Origin: Iphione sp. A-MEVVRFRX5
Lineage: Eukaryota
Direction of reading: 5' to 3'
Assembly (NCBI GenBank): GCA_976226885.1
Contig: OZ320316.1
Coordinates: forward strand, 85,002,001 to 85,066,000
DNA: 64,000 nucleotides
Shown here piece after piece: positions 53,401 to 64,000 of this stretch; position 1 is the first letter of the stretch, and each line of letters opens with the position of its first letter. A program made the translations under genes and the position numbers. The notes beneath the pieces are model-generated. The model worked only from the letters and a program-made list of their open reading frames with translations, had not been told where the DNA came from and did no database searches.

Positions 53401-54345
53401 GTGAAAGACAGGGTTCAGGGAAACATTTGTAGTTATAGTAGATATATCCTCTCTCGTGAGAAAACCTTATATTATCCGGGACAGTTTGAAACTTCCTACA
53501 TGCTCTAGTGGATATGACATGTCGATATAAGGCGACAAGGAAACAACACCATTCAGGAAGAGCAGTTTTCCCTCCAGTTCACTGCAAACGCTTGCGCTAC
53601 GAAATCATCTGTCGCACCGCAAACAATAAATACAAGAGGATCAAAGGAGGCAGCACCTCCTCTTTCAATAGCTGCACAGTCTGGCGTCCTTTCTCAAAGG
53701 TACGTATGGAGCAGAGAACTGCCTGTGAAGAGCAGCCGAAAGGTCTGCGGTGTGGTTATGGGCTGGGCTATCGCACATTATAGACTCACAGGCACATCCG
53801 TCCCACTTCAACCGTGCCATGACACATCAACCTCGACATGGCCATGTCACTCATTGCCGTGTGTCAGTCGCTTGTCTCGATGAGTTGCTTTAGGCTGTAT
53901 AGACGCAATGAAAGGTAGACATTCATAGGCCAGCTCAAAAAAGTGTTCTCTATAGTTATTTGCAGATACCCGACCTCAGACTGCAGGACATGGCGGAAGG
54001 CACTCTTATCACACTTGCCTGAACCCTCAAATTGCCTTCTGAAGGAGGCAATAATCGCAATTTATTACAGTGAATGGGATATATCTGCCGCAATGAAGGT
54101 CTGGAAAGGAATCCTACCTCGAGTAGGTTCACCGTCTCTCTAGGATGGACTAGCGCATGCGACTACCTGCGCAAATAAATAAGGGTTATTTACTTGTGGT
54201 TACCATGCGTTTGTCTGTGTGTGCCCAAGTGAATGGAGGAGGAAGTCGCCGAAAATGCCTTTAGTGGCCTAACTACGGGGTGGAGCTGCCAGGCCCACGG
54301 TTATTGACGGCTAATAAATCTTACAGTCCCATTTACCTTTTTCAG

Positions 54346-54406
54346 CGTTGTGCCTGATGCGATCTGCTCCCAGCAGCAAGCTGGCTGTCCAACAGGGAAG
54401 AGACCG
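54346..54406 (+). CDS. Candidate 61-bp exon
   Basis: Branch-like CTAAT at 54311, acceptor CCCATTTACCTTTTTCAG, donor CCG|GTACAT. Phase 2->0 frame VVPDAICSQQQAGCPTGKRP. Confidence 0.35.
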
Positions 54407-56499
54407 GTACATCGAATTGTGTCCTAGTTGTACGATATGAGAAAACACCAAGCAGGCCTACAGCGAGATAGGGTACTTCACATATCCGTGAAATATTTAT
54501 GATTAAATCTATTTGATTTGATCTTCCGTTATATCTATCTATTCCGCATGCGAAAGATGTTTTGTATCTCGTCTAATATAAATGATGTCATCTTCAAATT
54601 TATAAATAACCTATTTTCTTCGAGTGATTTAATGTTTTGCAAAGGTACATCCAGTCCACTTACTCGAACAGTGTACCACTTCAATAGCATAACCTTTCAA
54701 TGCTTAGGTTGTTCGGATGGAAATACGCGGTAGATAGTTTTAAACGAAAAAGGGGAAGTCAAGCTACATTTCCAGCCAGGTTTAGAAAGTATGGTCTGCA
54801 TACGTACACTGACGAAAGGCCGAATCAAGTATCTGCGCCAGAATTGTACTTGATAGCCCTCCAATCAATAACCCGTGACTGCCTCTCAGCTAAAACCAGT
54901 GTACGTGCATGAACGCCACGTACGCTATATTTAAGATCTCTTGGGTGAAGGTATATGTATTTTTTGCATGCCCTCCTATACGTCAAAGCCAATGAGGAAA
55001 ACTAGTCACGTGTGTAGCCTTGGCAACTAGCCCAGTTGGCCTGAAGCTGGGCCGTGCACACCCAAGGCGTGATTGCCATTCACACCTTGCAGCTTTGTCC
55101 ATTGCTTAACGAAGCCGAGCCTGCACTTCTTCATCACTCGCAGGCTCTGCCCGCCCATCAGTTGTATCTGTCCGTCTCTCGTTCACCTATCCTGCCAGGT
55201 TGATCCGTTAAATACACGCCCTAGCTGCATGCGCGGTTGCGACGTCCGTTGGCTCAAGTTGACCCGAGTCCCGAGCAATTTGCGCCCATTAATCACGACG
55301 CCCGAGTCCGTAGAGGGTGTTCGTGCTCACGTGAGGCACACTTAGCGGCGAGTGAGTAGCTCAGCATCCGCTGTGCGCCATACACTGCACAGTGCATGCA
55401 AAATTAAGACGTACAAAGAGCCGCTTCGCCACTCTAGCCTACTGATCCAGACTCGTGGCACACAATTTGATAAAGTTGTTTCTTGGTCGGTGAGGAGACG
55501 TATTGTCCCGTCGTATAGCAGGATCTTTGTTGTCAGCATAACACGTTTCTCTCCTGAAAACCACATACGTCTGCAAATAAATGAGTTTATGCAAGTGACT
55601 GACGCGCTTGCATGTATAATTTTTTAGAGAGAATATAATTCTCTGAGTCACTATCTTTGTACTAGACAGATGAACAGCAATATCCGTGTTACTTCTGTGA
55701 TCCAAAATAGGTTAACCTATATCATGGATGAGTTGACAACGAGAAAATAATAAGTGGAATGCTGCCGTCAAAGGTGTATAATTATTGGATATATTCTATA
55801 GGTATACATCGCAAAATAGAACTGGTGACTCATTGTCATCGAAGTAATCGGGTACACGTCACCGTCCCATAACGATACATTTGTATCTGCATTTGGTATT
55901 TTTACTTTTTCATTATTAAAGGTGCTTTATGTTCCTCACACCGTTGTTATGTTGTATGTGGCACAAATATGAAATATAATCTACAATAGGCAAACTCATA
56001 TTGTGAAAATAGTTCTGAAATTCCTATTTAAAAGGCTCCTGTTGTGTATCTATAATAATAAAGCCCCTTGCCCGTGAAAGTCATTTTAAGAGGAGGCAAA
56101 TAAGAATTATTTTTAGCAATTCAATCATAATTTTGACTAATCCATATTATTTGTTGGAATTTTATGAGATAGTAATGACATTATAGGATCTATATTATCA
56201 TTTGATATATCATATAATATGTCTGTAGAACGACAGATTATCAGTCCTTCTCCTGGAAAATAATTGATACGCACGGAAAGAACAGTATGTGAAATACATT
56301 TCATCTATAGTAGACAATGAATAAGCTGCATCCACTTGTCATTTGCGAGTTAAGTCGCTCGAGGGCAGCCGTAGTGTCCATCGGTAAAATAGAATTTGGA
56401 AATTTAGATGCGAAATCCTACGGTAGTGTATCGAGTTCGTGTAATACGGTAATCAGAGAAAATGATGGAAATTCTCTTAATCGAATGGAGAAAAGTAAA

Positions 56500-57030
56500 C
56501 GTGGCAAGAGAGAGGCGAAGAAGAGTCAATGCTGCGGCAAGTTTAAGTAATACATTTAAGTGCCCTAACCAATTTATAAAAATGAGATGTTATCCTATCT
56601 TTGAATGTTTTCCTTTCCGAAACTCTCCCAAATACTACAAATGTTTCGAGCGTGGGCATGTTCGAATTATATAAAGCGAAATGCACAAAAACCAAAATGC
56701 CTTTGTCATTTGAAGAAAAACTCAATTTGGTTGCGTTGTCACGATGTTTTGCAAAGTGTAGGACCTCTGGGGGCTTTAACGGGACATTTTAGATATTCGC
56801 TAAAACAATTACTTTCATACTGTGAGACCTGTAAAAAAACTGTCATGTTTTGATCGATTGTTTTCATTTGGACACTTTTAACACAAGTTGACCAGGCACC
56901 AAGAACTTCTTATTCTTCGACCCCTGAAGAAGAACCTATTATGTTCGAAACGTTGGGATACATTGAAAAACACTAAAACGCATTTGACTGTGTTGTGTTG
57001 GTGTGTTCATCTTTTATTACGAAAATTTTC
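56500..57030 (+). mobile_element. Penelope-like element 3' remnant (endonuclease tail plus pseudo-LTR)
   Basis: KKNSIW...LQSVGP(L)G / GGFN across a frameshift resembles the GIY-YIG C-terminal W..L.S..P.G(L/F)N. It is followed ~130 bp later by CCTGAAGAAG..CGAAACGTTGG and an AT-rich TTCATCTTTTATT end. Confidence 0.5.
56921..56957 (+). ncRNA. Minimal type I hammerhead ribozyme motif
   Basis: CCC-CUGAAGA-A-GAAC[CUAUUAU]GUUC-GAAA-C-GU-U-GGG: core CUGANGA and GAAA, 4-bp stem II, loopless stem III (palindromic AACGUU), GUU cleavage triplet, 3-bp stem I. Confidence 0.7.
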
Positions 57031-60000
57031 CTTGTTGAGAATTGGCTATTTGTATTAGTCTACCAGATGCTAACAAGTGTGGAATTTGATGTTCAATAGT
57101 AAACATTTACGGTCTTGGTACAGTACTAAACAAGTATAATTAATGCCACCTAGGCAATATTTTGCAAGGGTAGGTATCTCTTCACCTGGATAACTTATTC
57201 CTATAAATAGTTGTCCCTGTGTACGTATACAGGTATCGTTCAGCAAAGAGACATATATATGTATGAATACAATATGCGTGCACTGATAACGTATGGGACT
57301 CAAAATGTCATACCATTCATGTGTCCTACTGGGATAGGTTTTTCATACTAAAAAAGTGTACTCAAAGCAACCACAGGGGATATACACTCTCAGTGGATAT
57401 ACATGTACAGCGTGCACGCGCAGTTTTTGCACCTCGATGCAGAAAACCTGTCTTTACACGACAGATGAGTGTTTTACTGCGTTTTTTTATATTTCAATGT
57501 AAGATCGGCATGATTCGTATTAGATGTCGTTGAACATGACCTGAAATTATGTGAAAAAAACTCTCACCAATAGTGTCTGTTACGTCCCCAGGTATTTTCT
57601 ATGATGTGTCTGACAATGTGCTATAATCCAGAGGAGCCTGAAGGATCGTGGCCTGTATTCACCCATCATCCGCCTGTTAACACGCGTTTTAACTAGTGAT
57701 CATGGTGGCTTTGTTGTTTTCTTTTGTCCTGCAACGACAGAGCCAATAGATTAATCAGATTCTGGCCCAGCCCAGGCAGCTTTTATCCACTGCCAGTCGA
57801 TCTCTTAGAAGCCTACGACTAACATGTGTAAGACGGGGCGCCGCTGGCAGCAGGGCGTGAGTTAGGGATGCCGATCAGGTGATCAAAACTAGCCTATCCA
57901 AACCACGATCAATCACTACCACTCCCCCGGGATACACGAGAGTGGGTAGAAGATACTTCACTTCCGGTCAAAATCATCGCCCCCGCGATCGCTAGGGGCA
58001 GTAATGGCAATCTATGGTAGCGACATTTGCCTCTTCGTATTGCCTTATTGACCAAGCTAGAACAAATGGTTATGACGGGGTTCTAATCTACATACCTTTT
58101 CATTCTCCCTTCGAAAATAGACCCAGAAGATACACGGGAACCTGTTGATTCCCCCGGGCTCCTTATATAGTTGTATTTTGATATGTGTGGAAAAAAATCC
58201 TTCGTCTGTATGTAGCATGTGCTTTCCTTTAAATACAAAAGCAGATCTAGAAAGAATACATAAAGTTTATGAATGCACCTTTGGTCGTAATCTATACATG
58301 TACATGTACCTGATTTAAAGTGGGATGAAAGGTTATCTCTTCAGCAGATGCTATCCACTGTATGAAACAAACAAGAATAAAAAAAACCCTCCTGAACTAA
58401 AAGATCATACAGTTCCCATAGATCAACACATTCCAAGTCGAGTGATATGAGTTAAAGACGTTCGTGATAAAAATCGTGTGGCACGCACCGAGACTTAATT
58501 CTGCAGAATGGATATGGGCAACGGAGTTATATTCTTTTTTCATCAAAGAAAAAAAGATGGAGCCGTCTTGAGATATATGGCATACCTGTCAAGGCCCCCG
58601 TGTATATTTCTGCCAATATATTCTAGTCTACTGCCCTGCATCGTCCCCTCCCCACAGGCAACCGCTAGGTATTTCGCGCCGCCTGTCGATCAATCACCCC
58701 ACTAATCCCCATTAAACCTGCCAGCCCCTGATTCATTATCAGCATGCGTAGAGCACGTAATGAATGTCAACTTCCTGCCTCCGTCGTACCGGCCACTCAA
58801 AGCCGACTGCACTAAGCGATCCTGGCGGCGGCAATATGCCCCATGCAGCATGACAATCATATTGACCCACAGCCCCGTCTGTTGGCGCTTCCCCGCTAAC
58901 TCAAGGAAGTGTAGATTGACAAGTCGGTGCCACGGACAACAACCGCATCACAAAGACGGTCACAACGATGACAAAGCGAAAATGATAGACACCTACGCAC
59001 CACCAGGAGAATGCTTCAGTTTACCCCTGTGACCAAGTGCACCAAAGTTGATGCATCGTGATGTTAACCTAAAGTGCAGGATAAAGATCGACTATTATTG
59101 TGAAGAACAAACGACCCACAGCCGTATTGATCGTGTGATGAATCTCGTGCTAAGCAGTATAGTTCCTTTCAATCCAAGTGAAGAGAAGCGATAGATGGCT
59201 TCATACAGCATAAGCCATTTTCTGCATATTACATATAGACATATAGACGTTGGGACTACATTATCACAAATACATCTTCAACGCTGAAACCAGTCCTTAT
59301 ATACATTTCATAACCCACCCTACCGAGTACGTTGATTTGTCTCATCCATCTCGATAGGGCGAATCACACTGTTTCTGCATCCCCGATAAAGGTTTCCTGT
59401 TACAAAACCATCTCTATGTATCGTAGTACACAATTTATCTGAAGTTAAATTGCCGGTTCCAATTTTTTTTATTACTAATCATCTCTTTGCCAATCGGAAT
59501 TTACAATAGACCTCATTATGTCATAACGTATCGCTCTTGGTCCAAGATAACAAAATGTTATATTTCACAGTACTGCTCTAAACTCCCAACGCTCTGTTCG
59601 CTCAAATGGGCTGTAAATCGGTCGCGCAACTCATCAAAAAAGGGAGTAACAATGATTATTCATTAAAGCGTTTTATTGATCTAGACAACTTATGTTACAA
59701 TGGAGATCATCGGAAACTGGTGAATTTTTCATGCGCACGCAAGGATGCCATTTTGGACGGTTAAAAGGGCTTCTTGACACTTAACCACTTTTCCAGCGCA
59801 GAACAAATCACTATTTCTGATTACAGTCTGACACAAAAATGTTGAATTATATCTTTACGCCATTTATATTGTCATGTTACCCCGATAAAACAAATAAATC
59901 AACATTGTATCTTATCAACATTTGAATTCGAAAGCACCATCAATAACACCTTAAAACCTATATCCAGGGGATCGTTACGGGTCAGTGGAGCAGTTAGATA

Positions 60001-60161
60001 TTTACAGTACAGATACATACACACTGGTTTGGGCCAACCTTCAATTTAAATGCTTAACTAAAGTGAAGAATAATTCATTGTTTTCCATCAAGTGCTCATG
60101 ACGGTTGCCCTAGACTAAAATGACAAATATTACAACGCATTCTGCGACAAGACTAATGTAG

Positions 60162-60324
60162 TTTACATTCACAACTACATTCACTACGGACCTCACCCGC
60201 CTTGCTGCGTCCCTCCTTCCTGGATCCCGTGCAGTCTACAGCAGGCTAGCGACCTTTTACACCCGGAACTTCCTATTCCGTGACATTAACGAAGGGAAGA
60301 TGCAGCTCTCTCTGGAACCCTTTC
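60162..60324 (+). CDS. Candidate coding exon (alternative acceptor at 60235 gives a symmetric 90-bp phase-1 exon)
   Basis: Open frame TTDLTRLAASLLPGSRAVYSRLATFYTRNFLFRDINEGKMQLSLEPF with strong C-ending codon bias; donor C|GTAAGA; pyrimidine-rich CCCTCCTTCCTGGATCCCGTGCAG acceptor before 60235. Confidence 0.5.
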
Positions 60325-61581
60325 GTAAGAATCTTATTTCAGTCTCATTATTTACATGACCTATACATTAAATAGAGATGATATGCTGCCCCCCCCCGTA
60401 GTCGTGTACATGCTAAGGATGGGTATGGGAAGGCAGGGTTTGTTCATATTTCCTGGACAACAGAATTTTGTATGAACGCCATTATTCACGTAAATATTAC
60501 ATGAACGACGTTTCACACGTCTCTCGTACTATACTAATACTCACGCTCACCTCCTAAGTGACATTACCTTAAATAGTAAACGATGCTTAAAGGTGACAAT
60601 GCAATAGAGATGCCCAATGGATGGATAGGTGATATTACAGAACGCTTAGATAAGCTTGAATAACGTATGCGATAATCATGAAATACGATACTTGTCAACA
60701 AAGCTAAACAGTCCGAAAAAAAACTGTTTGAGATATATTTCCGTATAAAACCAAGCAAAAAATACAAGTATTTCAACTTGTGTGACTGTTGAGAACATGA
60801 TATTCCTGTCAAAGATGAAAAGAATCTGGAGCTGTCTAGGGTCCTTAGAGTAGTAACATAAAATACAAAGATATACTACTTCTTTTTGGATGTATATAGA
60901 TGCACTGAATTAAAAAATGCTGTCTGAAAAGACTGAGTTGAATTTCAAAATACAAAAGAAATGCTGACAACAGCACAGACACTAATCTATTTCACCGATG
61001 TGGCCGATGTCTATGGATCTCGAAAATTAACTGCAAGCCTGGTACTTTTGGTCACAGGAGCATGCTGTGAAATATGCATTGGAAGTTGGGTGTTTTTTTT
61101 TTCATTTTATTCAGACAGTGAACCCTCCAACCAATTTCAAAATATTTTATTCTTATGAACAAGTACAAAAATTCTATAGTATAGTAAGTATTGTGTGTAT
61201 GGAAATGGTAAAATAAGCAGCTCCGTAATACCCTTGACATAAAAGCGATTCGCTCGAGGTGAAGTTTTTTTAACGCAGCACTACATACACGTGTGCAGGT
61301 GCTTGGAGTACAAGGTCGGTTATAGACAGAGTGCTCTTGCAGTCGCCACGCTCTTGTGGCTACGATTCAGTCTAGAGGACCACTTTCGTCATTCACGCGT
61401 GGTACACTTACCATAAAAACAATGCTTCCATCCAATGCCACTCAGAAAAGGGAACTCAAGTTATGTCTAAAGCTGCCCGTAGGATATGAGGCAGAGAGGT
61501 TAAAAGACGTCTCAGAGCAATTCAACTGCAGGGATGATAGATTTGGTCAAAGTTGTTTTTATTAGATTTCTCTGAGTGTAA

Positions 61582-62222
61582 GCCCCGGTTTCCATACCTG
61601 CGGTACTGTCTGTGTGCGTTGCCGTCCGTTGCCGTCTGGTGAATTACATAATTATCGGTCAGTAGGATTTCAGTAGAGGGTGTTCCATACCTGCGGGACC
61701 GTCCGGGTGCATTGCTGTGCGTTGCCGTGCATCGCCCGTTTTCGGTCCCTTCCCGTAAATTTACCGCACACGCAGGGCAACGCACTGGTATTTCTTCACA
61801 TTTACTCACATTTACTCACATTTACTCACTTTTGGATGTGGATACTGCACATTTCCGCACATTTGTGTCCTTTTCCGCACTTTTTCCTGTCATTTTTGCC
61901 GTTTTTTGCAGCTTTTAGCATCATTTTCATCCTTTATCATCATTTTTCCCGTCATTTTTGCCATTTTTTGCAGCTTTTAGCATCATTTTCGTCCTTTTTC
62001 ACCATTTTTCCCATCATTTTGCCGTTTTTTGCAGCTTTTAGCATCATTTTAGGCCTTTTTCACAATTTTTTCCGTCATTTCCCGCACTGTCCCACAGCCT
62101 CAACAAGGACACCCCTCTGCGGGAGACTGCGTTCCCCTGCGGGAATTATATCAACGCATTGTAACGCACACGGATGTCTCCCGCACTTCGCCGCACTTCA
62201 CCGCATGTAAGGAAACCGGGCC
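61582..62222 (+). mobile_element. PIF/Harbinger-like MITE family B, young intact copy
   Basis: TAA|GCCCCGGTTTCCATACCTGCGG ... CCGCATGTAAGGAAACCGGGCC|TAA (22-bp TIR, TAA TSD). Internal 10-bp x3 array and TTTTTGCCGTTTTTTGCAGCTTTTAGCATCATTTT x3 array. The 176-aa ORF here is a low-complexity artefact. Confidence 0.9.
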
Positions 62223-63060
62223 TAACATGCACAAAAACAATTTATGTACCTTGGTTACCAACCAAACCTTTTACTTGTAATTGTTTTGGCTCTAGGTACA
62301 GTTATTATCCGATTGATTTGAATATAGCGTCTGTGTGAGTCCTAACAATAGAAGGATATGTTTACTTTGTTGCTGTATGCATAGAGCGAGTTTCTTTCTA
62401 AAGTTGTTGTATGATCTGAGTGAATCAATTAGAATGTTACTATAACTCCACTGCCTTTAACGAAAGATGAGCATTGTGAGTCAAAATTTCGGAATATTGC
62501 CTCGATAACTATCCGTGTCATTCTCTATGTTGCACAAGGACATTGTAAACCTACTTTGGCCAAAATCTCAAGGCAGAATGGAGATGTCATAGGCAAAGGT
62601 CCTCTCCTTATAAACCGAAGACGAACGACGAGATTGAGACCCTTCGAAGCCTAGTCTCACTGCCTCTTCATCTTTAGAATTTATTAAAATCACCAAGGTG
62701 GAGTATGCCGTCAGCATAATGCAGCGAATAAATAACTCAGGTTTTATCTGAACCTTTTTGTGTTTGTAATCTGTGCATGTATCGAGTGGAATCATGTGTT
62801 TACCGGGCGCACTTGCTTCCATTTAGATCGCTATTGTTTGTATATTGAGTTAAACTGTAACAGATTCCTTCATTGCCGCTTGGTATTCATGGCATTCCCG
62901 GTGTCATCAGGCAACATAAAGGTAGTCAAGGTAAAAGGCCACAAAGGGTAGGTCTCTGGGTAATTCGGTCGAGTTTGAGTAAGCATCGGTGCTTTTGAGT
63001 GATAAGTCACGTGTATTACATTAGGTTGAACTGGCTAACTTTTCTTCCCACCTTCTGGAG

Positions 63061-63214
63061 CAGCACCAACGCTATACACAGCCAGCGGGCGCCTGCATCA
63101 AAAGTGAGGCAGAGTATGAATGAGTCATGCCACTGGTGGATTCAGATCAGCGTGTTGAGGAGGACGGGGTTGCCATCAAAAGTGAGCAAGAGACTGACAA
63201 GGACACGCTACCAG
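63061..63214 (+). CDS. Candidate exon with acidic IKSE-repeat peptide (first coding exon or pseudo-exon)
   Basis: Branch point CTAAC plus polypyrimidine acceptor ending 63060; donor CAG|GTGAGC. One frame reads ...ACIKSEAEYE*VMPLVDSDQRVEEDGVAIKSEQETDKDTLP. CATCAAAAGTGAG is repeated in frame 78 bp apart. Confidence 0.45.
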
Positions 63215-63421
63215 GTGAGCTCAACCAACGCATGCAGGAGGATGGAATAGCCTCCGGCAAAACACCTGAGAAGACCTGCATTGAGTTGCAATCCTTTGGA
63301 CCTTTCTGGTCGAATCGTTGTGCAAAGAGGTAAAGAGTATGCAGTCTCTCCAGTTCCAGGACGCAACCATGGGACACATGCCCTGTAAATGTCCCAAAAT
63401 CTAGTCATTTGCGCATATGGA

Positions 63422-63870
63422 CAGTCGAGTCTCTAGTACTGACTACTGGTCAGGTCTGAGCTCAAATGGTCAGAAGAGCAAGTTTGGTCGAAAATCGATT
63501 TTGCAGGGGGTCTTGGCTGAAAACAATATCACTTTCTCCCTCTCTCTCTAATAACATATGAAAAGTCCAAAACGTGCTGAATTTGATGAGTTGGCGTTGA
63601 TGCCCCTGGTCTCTCCCAACCAGCCCCTCCAGGGTGTAAGGTATGTCAGAGAGGTTACCGTTGATGTCCCCAGTCACTCTCAACCAGCCCCTCCAGGGTG
63701 TGAGGTACATCAGAGAGGCTGCCGTTGACACCCCCAGTCTCTCCCACCAGCCTCTTCAGGGTGTGAGGTACTTCATGGAGGTCGCCGTCTGCCTCTCCTA
63801 ACCACTCTTTCAATCATAAAAAAAAACACATTAACAGAGGTGTGAGAGATATCAGAGTGGTCGCCGTTGA
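63422..63870 (-). mobile_element. pogo/Tigger-like element (reverse orientation, truncated) with 62-63-bp minisatellite
   Basis: CAGTCGAGTCTCTAGTACTGACTACTGGTCAGG matches the 24150 terminus. It contains the reverse complement of the 31-bp unit (GTGCTGAATTTGATGA) and ~3.5 copies of the 62-bp unit seen at 33455-33645. Confidence 0.8.
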
Positions 63871-63899
63871 TGCCACGGTCGGGAATTTTATTTGAAATA

Positions 63900-64000
63900 C
63901 AGTGCGATGTCCTCTCATGGACACATCTGGGATGTGGACATGTCCCAAATGTAGACAATTTGAAAAAGAACTAAAATGTTTCCCCAAGTTAACCAATATA
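63900..64000 (+). mobile_element. Left end of another pogo/Tigger-like copy, running off the window
   Basis: TA|CAGTGCGATGTCCTCTCATGGACAC.. matches the left end at 21255. Confidence 0.7.

Noticed and set aside
61680-62210. 176-aa Phe-rich ORF
   Set aside because: Artefact of T-rich tandem repeats inside a MITE.

Overview
Eukaryotic, AT-rich (~40% GC) genomic DNA that is almost entirely intronic or intergenic. It is probably lancelet (Branchiostoma) or a similar invertebrate; this is inferred from composition and repeat types and is not proven. No complete long CDS, tRNA, rRNA or CRISPR array is present, and nearly all ORF-track entries are noise. The sequence supports the following. (i) A dense transposon graveyard: decayed piggyBac transposase, DIRS-type tyrosine recombinase, L2-like LINE tail and Penelope-like remnants, plus three MITE families. 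One of these is a pogo/Tigger-like family with six ends or copies carrying different internal minisatellites, and one copy is nested in a Harbinger-like MITE. (ii) A minimal hammerhead ribozyme motif at 56921-56957 downstream of a Penelope-like endonuclease tail. (iii) Two promoter-like sites: an ETS cluster near 6.3 kb and a YY1-like cluster near 46.1 kb. (iv) Candidate phase-compatible exon chains missed by the ORF track, on the minus strand (45310-42260) and plus strand (47357-60324, 63061-63214), encoding proteins I do not recognise. (v) Many short GC/CpG-rich enhancer-like islands. There is one assembly gap (21089-21242). I found no evidence of a complete, novel autonomous system; the strongest leads are the ribozyme, the minisatellite-carrying MITE family and the hidden exon chains.
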